Shown: piece by piece, positions 1 to 24,252 of the stretch
Layout of the letters: the number at the start of each line of letters is the position of its first letter
Position numbering within the stretch: the stretch's first letter is position 1
DNA from: Mizuhopecten yessoensis
Lineage: Eukaryota
Length of the DNA: 64,000 nt
Assembly: GCF_002113885.1 (NCBI RefSeq)
Contig: NW_018407384.1
Span: forward strand, 121,541-185,540
Reading direction: 5' to 3'
Program-made: the position numbers and the translations under genes
Notes under the pieces: generated by a model
The model's database searches: none
Told to the model about the DNA's origin: nothing
The model's input: only the letters and a program-made list of their open reading frames with translations

Positions 1-3000
1 TAACATAAAGCTGTCCTATATATACATGTTATCTACAGAAAGCTCACATGACATTCTGTCTATGCTTGTATGGCACAGGTCTTCATCATTGTTTTCCATT
101 ACAAAGATTTAGACTTTCAATATTCAGCTAATGTACTTTATATGGCATATCATCACTACAGCATGCAGGTTTATACAGTCATAAAGGGTCATAAGAATCT
201 CTGAATATATAGTTGTGTGCGGTACTATCTGATCAGTAACATCAGTGGACCATCACTCTGGCTAACAAGGGTGTAAAGCTGAACACCTCTAGTGGTAACT
301 AACTGATGTGATGCCTATAGAACACATTAAGGCTGCCTGTCCCCAGTCAAAGACTACATCACTCAGATTATCCCCTCTAAATGATCCAGTCAACAAAGTA
401 TCCTGAGAGTACAAGTCTAGGGAGGGGTCATTGATTTATAATCCCTATCATCCGTGGGTATGTGCCTCTCTGTGGTGTATGTTATAGCCCGGAGTCAATC
501 TTTCTGTTTGAGGTATAAGGTGTATTGCTGAGCGTCCAGAACATGAAAGTATCAAACCTGCTCCCCACTTTGGGTTGTCATAGTTAACCAGAATATTGAT
601 TAACCCTGGTTTAGCACTCAAGGTTCGATTCACACCTTGTGATATCTGAAACTTTCTTTGGGCTTAATTTTACAGCTGTGTTATGGGTAATGTGCATTCT
701 GATAAACTGATAACCATTATCCAATCAAAGGTGTAAAATGGTGTAAATCTACCACAGTATACATTAAGTGATTTTACAATGAAAAATGTGTCTGTCACCA
801 CCATGTCTACAAATTCAATGTTGGCAAATTTGAAACAGAAAGAGTATCACTCCACAAAAACATATGTTAATACAAACATGTCAATCTGATCAATCCTCCC
901 CCTCCCATACAGGTTTGGTATGTAGGATTAGTGTCCTATTAAAGTATATTTATGTTTGTGTGACCTTGACATTATAGTGTCGACAGAGGTGAACCAATGT
1001 CAGTACTATTAGTAATTACAATTTACATGAACCTTGACTTTCTAATTAGATCTGACTCTTCCTAAAATGAGGATGAAACATGACCCTAATATGATGATAT
1101 GGTTTCTATCTAACCAACTTCCTATGTCCCGAGATAAAGCTTTATAGTGAAGATAACATGCTGGGAGCGAGACTGGGAGTGTAGTGCTGTGTAAGAAGCG
1201 GAGGAGTAAGGGCAGTGTTGGATATCTGACCCTAGGAGTGTAGTAGTTGATACACCGCCATCTCGCTGTAGTAACCCTGTACAATCACTACTCCAGCCAC
1301 CATCTCGCTGTAATAACCCTGTACAATCACCACTCCAGTCACCAGATTAAGCATTCCATTATTATCAATACATAGGTGCAGTCAGGTGTAAAAGGTTATA
1401 TCACTCAGCCATGACAGCTACTAGGCCTCGTCACCTAGACAGAACCAGTTCTCTCCACTCTTGTCAGATAATGTAGCTGTCAGGCTGTCTTTGTTATAAA
1501 CAACAGACCACACCAAGTTGTACTATACTTGTACTGTGTTGCTAAAGTAACAGACATATGAGGCAGGAATTAATACCAAGCAGCTCAAAGGTTATTATTA
1601 GTATCCAAACTCACAGCTGTACCACATAAACTTGTTCTGTGTATATAAAGTAACATGAAGCATACAAGGCAGGTTCTATTAGTTTCCAAACCCACAACTG
1701 TATTATATACTTGTAGAGTTTCGCTAAAGTAACAGATACAAAGCAGGCCATTATTCAACAGAGTTCAAAACTTTCTTTTATTGTCCCAAATGATTTTGAT
1801 TTTGAAGGTTTTAGGTCCGCTATTAACTCCCACCTGTACTATATCTATACTTGTGTTGCTAAAGTAACAGATACCAGGCAGTGGTATATACCAGGGAGAT
1901 CAAAACTAACAACTGTGCTATATACATGTACAGTATACTTATTTGTTATGAATATGTACATATATATTTGGAGGCTACGGTCTCCCATACATACCATACA
2001 GAGCTAGCAAATCTTAACTATATATTATCCAATAGTTAGCCCTACATTCAGCAAGCTTTACATGTAGAAACAAACATGGTATTTATTCACCTTAAGTATC
2101 TTTACTGTTAATGGTCGATACACAAAGCTATGAATTCAAACTAGGTAGTAACAATGAAACTTTATAGATACAGGTAACTATATACACCACAGGTAAAAGT
2201 TGAACACTGGATATATTAGAAATAAATTAATCTCCTGTAGTAGAACATTATATCACCTCTGACTCACTCGCGGTTCAGTTATTCTAACGGTAAGTGGAAC
2301 AGGAAAACTTTTTTGTTTGCAGAAGGTTTCAAGTTGATTTATACATCAAACTTGAAACATATGTGTCAACCAACCCATTGCTATACATCTCTTTATTCCA
2401 TATCAAAAGAGCATTGTTCACACTTTTTCTTAATTATTTCTATAGCATACTTCTAACAACCTTATAATGTATATCGGCTGTACAATGGTTAATGTAGGGT
2501 ACAGATATAACTAATACAGACTGTTAAATACAATTCTTAACCTGCCAACACTTAATTCTGTTCCAAACATTACAAGCACAGCTTCTAGTCAACTTCTGCA
2601 AAGAGTTATACCTTCTATGATGTTTTTCCTATTTCTTTATCAACCTTGAACTTTTCAATGCCTTTTAATTTCCTGTTGAACTAGCTAACCATATGGCAAT
2701 GAAGGAATGAACCAGGTACATTTTACTGTCCCTATGGATTGACAGCATTTAAAATACGTTTGCCTGTATTAAACTGTCAGGATATATATATACGTATAAA
2801 TAGGTTTAATTTCCAGAGGTAACATATGACAGCATGTAATACATTGTATATATATGATATGAAAGCAAGCATACTGATTAGTCACACATGACCGAGCAGT
2901 TTCTGCTCCACTGATTCTACTCGAGCTCCTGTACACATGTGCTGTAATAGTGTGGCGACAGTATATATATAGCAGTCTGACAGTGGACCTAGATGATCAG

Positions 3001-4598
3001 GTGAACAAGGCTGATTTGTTGTGTTTCTCCAAGGCTAGGACGGGTGGTATATGATCAATCATCCAGTAATCTAACCTTCACACTAAAACCTAACTGTGTG
3101 GTTGTTACACTATTTTCCTTTTCCCCTTATTGCTTTGAATGTAAACACAACTACCAAGTCATTTTTACTGACATGGCTCCAACTCACTGGACTTGTAATC
3201 TGTACTGCAGTGTACAACTACAAGCAGAGGCACCTGGTAAACTTGTGTTACATGTACGACAATCTCCTTATGGATTCGTCCCACAGCAGACAGAACACTA
3301 TAGAATTCCACTTTTAGTGTATTTAAATTTCCAAATTCCAAACTTGTTTTAGACATGCAAGGTTAGGGAACTATTGCTGATCAGAAGCCTCAGTTTGTGT
3401 GGATGACCATATTGTAAGTCCAGGGTGTGAGCACACTGTTGTTCTATATTTTTTACTCACAGAGCACTGTTGTTGATTTTTTTATCAGTATATCTTTATC
3501 TTTTGTTTCCATTAAAAAGTTCTGTAGTGTGCAGATTTCTTTTCAGAAGCAATTTATTGACAGTATTGAAAAGGTTCCAAATCATACTCATAGTTCGTTT
3601 TTTGGCATTAAGAGATTGCGACAAACATGTTTTTTTCCAAATTGGTCATGTTCTAAATATATCATAAGAACACATTCTCCATTTTTGTCTATTCTGTCTC
3701 TAAATGTATATGTATGGCCTAATCCAATATTCCAGTACTGTAAAGCAGATCTTTTCTGAAATGTGCTACGTGATTAACAGGATTCTTCTTTACCACTAGC
3801 TAATAAATACATAAAACTGCTAGGGTATTGTTTTTCTGAAAATTGAAAAAATGTTACCAAATACAAGAGATTCATAAATCTTATTTATCCCACCTGAATC
3901 ATCACAACCACTTATACAAATTGAAGGACTACACTTACGTGTACCCCAACACCTCCTGTCGACTCACAACAACAGCTGGTTCACCTGCACTAGTGATACC
4001 ATAACACCACCAACACATACACTTATTGATATGCAATTCATCCAATACTTAATGTTTCGTGTCACTTCAATGTAAAGTTGGACTTTGAGGCTGTACAACT
4101 AATTTGTTTAATCTTATAGCTGATCATTTTTATAACTGAAAACCTAAAACACACTTTATTGTGAAGACCATCACTGCATCAGGACATGCTGCCATGGTTG
4201 TAACAAGCATGTCGTTGAAATGGAACCATTGTCAGCTTTTGTTATGTTGGAAGGTTTCAAAGTTTACTTACAAAATAAACAAAATTGGCCTATAATTAAT
4301 CCACTTCAACATTCTACACGATTTGAATTAAACATTGGGCCATTAGGCAACGCAATACTTGGTGAATGTTAATTTGTGTTATCAAACAGGATAAAACTCT
4401 CTTAATGTCAACTATGCTTTCAGTTTGACAGCATTGTATACATTATTGTATTCCATTATGTATGATGAATACAGGCTCTGTCAGACAATGCACAGGAAAA
4501 AAAGGGTAGAAATGCAATCAACTGAAAATGCTCATCAAGCTAGAGTTCTACACAAACCACAGACGAATATAAGTACAAGCCTGCTCAGAAACTGTCTA

Positions 4599-15859
<11,261 letters not shown>

Positions 15860-17204
15860 GTTGAATATAATTACTCGAGATGAACAGGTAGATGCGACGG
15901 AAATTGACGTTTCCTGGGGCTGAGAGATAGCATAGATCTTGTTATGAAAGATCCAACTAAAAACAATACCCTCATTCAATGGAAAACGACGTTAATCTGC
16001 ACAAAACGACCCTTACACCGGTGTTTTTCGACAAATATCGGGGTCATTCAAGGCACCGAACGTATCTATCAGTGCCCTTGGGTCCCTGGAAAATGGCCTT
16101 CTTATAATGAATTTGAACCAGTTATCCATTTACACAGGACTGTACGGATGGGCCATTGTCATTTCTGAAGAAATGGCAGCCGCAATGTCCTTCCAAACGT
16201 CCTGATGATGACACATAAATACTAAATAAATCCCCTCTGTCAAGTAACCAAAATGGCCGACTTCTCCTTTCCACGCCAAATTCCGAGAGTCGTGCGCACC
16301 TTAGCCAGTTATTCGGGTTTTTCATTGGAGGAAAGCATTTGCTATGACATCATCGAACCCTAAACAGCTGAGAGCACTGAAAATAAGGAAACTGGATAAA
16401 AATACTAGAAATAACATCGTTGCTTCTTATAATCGGTATACTTTGTGTTGATAATAATATAGAATCGTATATCTCGTTATTTAATTGACACATGTTTACT
16501 TATGGAAAAGTGGCTATGCCCATGCTGCAAAGATTAATGCATTTTTTTTTTATAGAAATATCGTCTATAAGTCTCACTCTTTTTCTTATTATTAGTGGTT
16601 GCCTAATATAAATATAGATTTCCATTTCACAGATTATTTTTTAATGCAATCATTAATAAAGCCAACAAATAAGAATGCAGCTTCTAACGGAGGCATTTTA
16701 TTATGTATGTACAGTGAATTATAAATTAATCAAAATTCTTCCAAATTAAAGTGTGTTTGGATGGAGGTAAATATAACATTCACGTCAGCCTTCATGCAAC
16801 CGCCAAGACATTAATACTTTATTAAATAAACCAACATATTTAACAAGTTAAAATGGAATAACAAATGGATTGAGATACAATTTTTGAGTTGCATCGATTC
16901 ATGTCATAATGTATCAGTCCCATTTCTGAGCTAGTTTTAGACAGGTTTATAAAATGTTAGCCAATGTAGGTTCTGCATGTTAATTGTGATCCAACATTTG
17001 TAAGAAGTGGAGATTGTATTTTGAGACAATGATTCGAGGAAACGATCATACATTTTTTTAAGATCATCATCCTAATCATTTCAAGTAAAAACTTTGACAG
17101 AAGCGCGACAACTCGTACAGAACAATCGAAAGCACTTTGCAAAATAGAACATATTCGACAGTTGCATAAAAAAAGAAATTTGGTCATATTCTATATTTCA
17201 CTAT

Positions 17205-20200
17205 CGATAAACGAGGATGGCGTATTAAACGTCTCCATTTATCGACGAGGAAGGTCTTTATTGATTGATGAGGATGGAGTACAATCTGATGTTGACAGTG
17301 TGTGGTGCATCTCTATCGATTGATGGGGATGGTTTTCAATACGTCTCCACTGGTTGTTGGGGATGGTTTTCAATATGTCTCCAGTGATTGATGGGGATGG
17401 TGTTCAATACGTCTCCAGTGATTGATGGGGATGGTCAATACGTCTCCAGTGATTGATGAAGATGGTAATTAATATGTCTCCATTGGTTGATGAGGATGGT
17501 TATCAATATGTCTCCAATGATTGATGAAGATGGTAATTAATATATCCCCATTGGTTGATGGGGATGGTGTTCAATACGTCTCCAATGATTGATGAAGATG
17601 GTAATTAATATGTCCCCATTGGTTGATGGGGATGGTGTTCAATACGTCTCCAGTGATTGATGGGGATGGTTTTCAATACGTCTCTAGTGATTGATGAGGG
17701 CGGTGTTCAAAATGTCTCCATTGATTGATGGGAATGGTGTTCAAAATGTCTCCATTGATTGATGGGAATGGTGTTCAAAATGTCTACATTGATTGAAGGG
17801 GATGGTTATCAATATGTCTCCATTGATTGATGAGGATGGTGTTGGTAATTAATATGTCTCCATTGGTTGATGAGGATGGTTATCAATATGTCCCCAATGA
17901 TTGATGAAGATGGTAATTAATATGTCCCCATTGGTTGATGGGGATGGTGTTCAACACGTCTCCAGTGATTGATGGGGATGGTTATCAATATGTCTCCATT
18001 GTTAATGGGGATGGTGTTTAATATGTCTCCATTGATTGATGGGGATGGTATTCAATACTTCTCCAGTGACTGATGGGGATGATGTTCAATACGTCTCAAT
18101 TGATTGATGAAGATGTTGTTCAATATGTCTCAATTGATTGATGGGGATCGTGTTCAATACGTCCCCAGTGATTGATGGGGATAGTGTTCAATATGTCTCC
18201 ATTGATTGATGAGGATGGTGTTCAATACGTCTTTACTAATTAATGGGAATGGTGTTCAATACGTCTTCAGTGATTGATGGGGATGGTAATCAATATGTCT
18301 CCGTTGATTGATGAGGATGGTGTTTAATACGTCTCCTGTGATTGATGGGGATGGTTATCAATATGTCCCCATTGGTTGATGGGGATGGTGTTCAATACGT
18401 CTCCAGTGATTGATGGGGATGGTTATCAATACGTCTCCATTGGTTGATAGGGATGGTTTTTCATACGTCTCCAGTGATTGATGGGGATGGTGTTCAATAC
18501 GTCTCCAGTGATTGATGAGGATGGTGTTTAATATGTCTCCATTGATCGATGGGGATGGTTATCAATATGTCTTCAGTGACTGATGGGGATGGTGTTCAAA
18601 ATGTCTCCATTGATTGATGAGAATGGTTATCAATATGTCTCAACTGATTGATGGGGATGCTGTTTAATATGTCTCCGTTGATTGATGAGGATGGTTTTCA
18701 ATACGTCTTCAGTGATTGATGGGGATGGTGTTTAATACGTCTCCAGTGATTGATGGGGATGGTGTTCAATATGTCCCCATTGGTTGTTGGGGATGGTGTT
18801 CAATACGTCTCCAGTGATTGATGGGGATGGTGTTCAATACGTCTTCAGTGATTGATGGGAATGGTAATCAATATATCTGCAGTGATTGATGGGGATGGTG
18901 TTCAAAATGTCTCCATTGATTGATGGGAATGGTTATCAATATGTCTCCATTGGTTGATGGGGATGATGTTTAATATGTCTTTATTGATTAATGGGGATGG
19001 TGTTCAATACGTTTCAATACGTCTCCAGTGATTGATGGGGATGGTTCTCCATTGATTGATGGGAATGGTTATCAATATGTCTCCATTGTTGATGGGGATG
19101 GTGTTTAATATGTCTCCATTGATTAATGGGTATGATGTTCAATACTTCTCCAGTGACTGATGGGGATTGTGTTCAATACGTCTCAATTGATTGATGAAGA
19201 TGTTGTTCAATATGTCTCCATTGATTGATGAGGATGGTGTTCAATACGTCTTCACTAATTAATGGGAATGGTGTTCAATACGTCTTCAGTGATTGATAGG
19301 GATGGTTTTCAATATGTCTCCGTTTATTGATGAGGATGGTGTTTAATACGTCTCCAGTGATTGATGGGGATGGTTATCAATACGTCTCCATTGGTTGATA
19401 GGGATGGTTTTCAATACGTCTCCAGTGATTGATGGGGATGGTGTTCAATTCATCTCCTGTGATTGATGAGGATGGTGTTTAATATGTCTCCATTGATCGA
19501 TGGGGATGGTTATCAATATGTCTTCAGTGATTGATGGGGATGGTGTTCAATATGTCTCCATTGATTGATGAGAATGGTTATCAATATGTCTCAATTGATT
19601 GATGGGGATGCTGTTTAATATGTCTCCGTTGATTGATGAGGATGGTGTTCAATACGTCTTCAGTGATTGATGGGGATGGTGTTTAATACGTCTCCAGTGA
19701 TTGATGGGGATGGTTATCAATATGTCCCCATTGGTTGTTGGGGATGGTGTTCAATACGTATCCAGTGATTGAGGAGGATAGTGCTTAATACGTTTCCATT
19801 GATTGATTGGGATGGTGTTTAATACGTCTCCATTGATTGATGAGGATGGAGTTTAATACGTCTTCGGTGATTGATGGGAATGGTAATCAATATGTCTCCA
19901 TTGATTGATGGGGATGGTGTTCAATACGTCTTCAGTGATTGATGGGAATGGTAATCAATACGTCTCCAGTGATTGATGGGGATGGTTATCAATATGTCTC
20001 CATTGATTGATGGGGATGGTGTTCAATACGTATCCAGTGATTAATGGGGATGGTAATCAATATCTCTCCATTGATTGATGAGGGTCTTCAATAGTTTTAA
20101 TTGAATGATGGGGGGGGGGGGGGGGGGGGGGTCACTACGTCTCCATTGATTGACGAGGGTGGTGTTCAATATGTCTCTAGTGATCGATGGGGAAGGTGTT

Positions 20201-20960
20201 CAATGAATGGAGACGCATTGAACACCATCCTGGTCAATCAATGAAGACGTATCGATCTCCATTTCCATCAATCTTTTGACACATATTGATCAGGATGGTG
20301 TTCAGTCTCTTGATTTATCAGGATGGGATGCAAAGCCTCTCTATTTATTGAGTATTATTTGCAAAACGTTATCCTTGGCTGATGAGGGATGGTGAACAAC
20401 ATTATTTCCTAACAGGGGATGAACCATGTCTCCATCGGCTGACTGCAGTTGGTGTGCAGTGCGTCTCCATAAAGTGACAAAGGATAGTGTGAAAATCTCA
20501 TTTTGCTGACGAGCGATGGTATTTCCAAATTTCTTCTACTTGCTGCCGAGGGATCGTGTGCAATGCGTCTCATAAAATAGTTAAGATGTGGTAGTCAATG
20601 TATCTACACTTGTCCGGAGAAAGTGGTTTGGAATGCATCTCCGCTAGCTCACAAGGGATGGTTTCGACGCTTCACCAATTGCTGAGGACGATGTACAACG
20701 GATCTCCATTGGTTAACAAAGGATGTGTTATTTGTCTCCATTTGTTGTTCAACATCTTCCACTGACCGACAAATGATGGTATACAACACGTCTCTATCGA
20801 CTGACCGACGAAAGGTGTGATTCGATGTACCTACATTGGCTGGTGGATATTGTTTATTGTATATTCATTGTATTAGAAACACGTTGTTCAAGTGATGGCT
20901 GACGGCGAATTTTGGGCAGTACAAATGCATTTCCAGGGGACGATGAAGGATGATATAAAG
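17205..20960. repeat. 34-bp satellite array (consensus TGATGGGGATGGTGTTCAATACGTCTCCAGTGAT) with degenerate flanks
   Basis: 34-bp period read directly (e.g. AATACG at 17641 and 17675). Homogeneous over ~17320-20200, poly-G at 20110-20131, decayed units to ~20960. Confidence 0.95.
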
Positions 20961-20994
20961 TACGACTCGATTGGCTTACCGCCTCTCGTTTAAA

Positions 20995-21890
20995 GATGAT
21001 TTCTCGGTAGTAGGATATGGTTACCATAATACACCTCTCGTTAGTATGATACGGTTACCGCAATACATCTTTCGTTGGTTGAATATGGTTACCAAAATAC
21101 ACCCCTCGCTAGGGATATGGTATTCCACAATACACACCTCGTTGGTAGAATATGGTTATCTTGAAACAACTCTCGTTGGTGAGATATGGTTACCACAAAA
21201 AAAAACATCGTTGGTAGGATATGGTTTTCAAAAAACATCTCTCGTTGGTCGGATATATACCACTTTCTCTTACCCTGGACAGGTGTATCCGCATTTTTAC
21301 CGTTGTGAGATTTCCTTGTCTCACCCTAGGGTTGAGACGGGGGGATTCCCCTTTTCATAACCAATGGCATGACGTCACTTCAACAATAAAATGACGTCTC
21401 GTCAACAATCCATCAACGTCACGTCAACCCTGAATTTAGCATGTAACGTTATCATAACATTGTGTATATGATACACAATGGGAGAACAGGGTAAGAGAAA
21501 AAGAATCATTCACCCCCTTGCGGGTGAGATAGTGGAATTTCAACCCTCGGGGAAAGATTTTTAAGTTGCCAAACACTCGGCAAAGCCTCGTGTTTGGCAA
21601 CTTAAGAATCCTCCCCCTCGGGTTGAGATTCTCCTATCTCACCCCCAAGGGGGTGAAAGATTCTATTAGTACTCCTCTTGTTGGTAGGATATGGTTACCA
21701 CAAAACACCCCTCGTTGGTAGGATATGATTACAAAATCACACCTCTCGGTTGGTAGAATATGGTTTCGACAAAACATCTGCCGTTGGTAGGATAGATACC
21801 ACTGTACTCCTCTCGTTGGTAGGATATGATAACCACAATACATCTTTCGTTTGTTATGATAGTTACCACTGTACACCTCTCGATGGTCAA
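20995..21890. repeat. Second 34-bp tandem repeat (CTCGTTGGTAGGATATGGTTACCACAATACACCT) interrupted by a palindromic element
   Basis: Units at 21003, 21037, 21071 and onward to ~21255, resuming at ~21670-21890. Confidence 0.85.
21260..21668. mobile_element. Palindromic MITE-like insertion
   Basis: Inverted repeat TTCTCTTACCCTG/CAGGGTAAGAGAA (~21265 and ~21487), followed by a ~165-nt hairpin 21502-21665 centred on CTCGGCAAAGCCTCG; it splits the 34-bp array. Confidence 0.65.
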
Positions 21891-22869
21891 ATATGAAAAT
21901 GAAAATAAAGGAATATCATACGGGAGCGTAAAACGGAGATACGTCATAAATCAATATCAACAAGACAGCGTTCGTCATGGTGTGTTCTGTCAACTAAAGG
22001 AAAGAGTTTTGTCACAGGTGACATGCAAATTCCTTTAAAGTAGTGAATGCTGACGATGGTTTCAAATGGTGAAACTATCTGCAATGTATAATGAAACCTC
22101 TCCAGTAGAAACCCTGGGCATGCTACTTATTATCATCAAAACGCACATGTCAATTATACACACACTTTAATACAGAGAGCGATAACAGTTTTATTGCACA
22201 TGTCAAATTGGAAGGATGAAGGTCCGATGTAGTAGATGCGCGGTGACCATCTCTTCTGTAAGCAATAGAAATCCATTTTTACCATCTGTTCCGGCCAATC
22301 AGGATCTGCAACACACCACCAACCCCTTGTCTGTCAATAGAGACGTATACTGTTTTGTCAGCTTATGTATATCATGGGGACTACAATTCCATTTAAATGT
22401 ATACGAGTATTTCGTTTTTGTTAATTGAGGCCCATTATACACCTTACATCTCTATGTCAATAGTACACTATCCTTGCCGGACACGTCATTGAGATATTTT
22501 GTAATTTTGTCAATCAATGAAGACCAAGTAACAACATCTGTTAGTTGAGATCTATTTTATATCATTATTTACCAATGTCATTGTACATTATTCTTCACCA
22601 ATTAATTGCACATCATTTCTCGTCAACCGGTGGGTATTTACTTATCTGACTAATCTCTCGTTTGTCAATGGGATTCATGTACTCTCTTCATAGTCAGCCA
22701 ATAGGAACACATTTGCCGCCATCCATTATTGTGACAGTCTGACAATAACCCTCGTCAGCCAACGGAGGCTGATTACATCAGCCCTCATAAACCAATGGAG
22801 AGCTCTTACGCCACTTACAAACCATCTCTCCCCAACATAATATTGACTAGTTCCTTCCTTCCCTTTCCC

Positions 22870-23760
22870 CCACTTACAGGATATCTAGACTTTGCTGTGC
22901 CTACATCCTACATCTTTACCTACCCTGCTTAACTGATTCCTTGGACACGGACTAGATATGATATTGTTCCTATGTTTCCTGTTTGCCGAGTTAAACATAA
23001 TTCCCTCCTCAACCTTTTCGGTTTCTTTTTGACCATTTGCCGTTTTTCTTGGTTGTTGCATTCATCCACAGCTGGAAATGGAAATCCAATCCATGTTTTC
23101 AGTGGTAGGAATTTTCAATGAAAATCCCCAAGCTCCAGCATATCTGTTTTCCCTAACACAGTACTCGCTGAACACGTCCTTCCCGTTCTCGTCTGTATCT
23201 CTGCCTCGCCGACTTTTCTGTGTTTGGAGTCCCTCAGCATTATCACCAAACTACATTTTGCAACTTTGATCTCTCCACTACCGATCTCAACGATAGTTTT
23301 AATTCTGCAGAGCTGCTATTCATGCAGACCGAAATAACTCTTGGTGGAAGCCCAAGCTACTTCCTCAGATATACTCCTTATCATAATTTCAAGCGTTCCA
23401 TTGTTGACTTTGGTATTTCATTCAATACAGTAATAGTAATCATGAAGGCTTTGGTAGCATACAAGTTGGTATAATCACTATATCTAAATACCCTGTACTT
23501 ACTGGAAGTACCGACTTACTTTCGAATCTTTTTTTTTCCACGGAGACACTTGACTTGGATGTCTTTGTAGTTATGACTGTTGACAGGTGCATACTCGAAC
23601 CATCTTTCCAAAGCCACTCAATGGTGCTGTCAGGTATTGGTGACAACTCTTCCTCATGGACCTGCAGCACGAAGTAACAATATAACATGGAAAAAGGCTC
23701 CCCGTGGATATCCTTCGGAGGCAACGACTATCTCTGCTTTCTTTTAGCAAGAAAGATGCT
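22870..23760 (-). mobile_element. Decayed non-LTR retrotransposon fragment (region downstream of RT; R2/Hero-like)
   Basis: Minus-strand translation across stops and frameshifts: VHEEELSPIPDSTIEWL..., NEIPKSTMERLK..YLRK*LGLPP..ELKLSLRSVVE / EIKVAKCSLVIMLRDSKHRKVGEAEIQTRTGR. This resembles the LRKWLGLP...EEFKVAK.RL..TLRDS.D..V...TGRKW motif I recall from RLE-type LINEs. Confidence 0.55.
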
Positions 23761-24002
23761 TCTTTTTTTTCATACTTTTAAATATTAGCTGCAAACCTTC
23801 TTAAAATTTGACAGTTCTTTAAATCAGGTAGAAATGGAACCATTTAGTATATCATTTGTGGATCATGGCATAAACGTCCCTCGTAAGTTATAGCAGAGTC
23901 CAACGCCGAACGTACTCTTCCTGCAGAATGTTTTCAGAAACGACATTGCAAGGCTAACTGTAGAATGACAGAACAATAGTTCTAACCTATCAACACTAGG
24001 AA

Positions 24003-24252
24003 TTAGCTGGAAATCTGACGTGTCCTACATACATCAACGGATGATGCGATTGTTTTGCCGCCATGCTGCCTTAAATAATACNGCCCTTCATACAAGTTTG
24101 CTTCTGGCCAAATATTGACACCGTAGGCCTTTCGGTTATTAAGAAGAAGTCGTTTAAAGTAAAATATTGACGCCGGACGCCGGACGGACAGACGACGGAC
24201 GCCGCGCCACGGCATAAGCTCACTTGGCACTTCGTGCCAGGTGAGCTAAAAA
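24003..24252. mobile_element. End of a Helentron-associated (HINE/Pearl-like) element
   Basis: (GACG/GACA)n microsatellite, then AGCTCACTTGGCAC-TTC-GTGCCAGGTGAGCT hairpin and A-run; an assembly n at 24082. Confidence 0.65.

Noticed and set aside
3165-3356. ORF segment VLSAVGRIHKEIVVH resembling MARK exon 7 (IVSAVQYCHQK.IVHRDLK)
   Set aside because: No phase-0 acceptor, no HRDLK motif and weak similarity; the true exon 7 probably lies outside the window.
3939-3984. Possible 46-nt poison exon in MARK intron 6 (CAG|GTGAAC...CAC|GTAAGT, in-frame TGA)
   Set aside because: The polypyrimidine tract is poor and there is no independent support.
17320-20200. CRISPR-like regular repeats
   Set aside because: Head-to-tail satellite without unique spacers, eukaryotic context, no cas genes. 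The same applies to the 49-bp and 38-bp arrays.
23520-23661. Apparent spliced exon (CAG|GTCCAT...AAA|GTAAGT) downstream of PPP1R36
   Set aside because: Lies within the decayed LINE-like sequence, and PPP1R36 already terminates at 25575.
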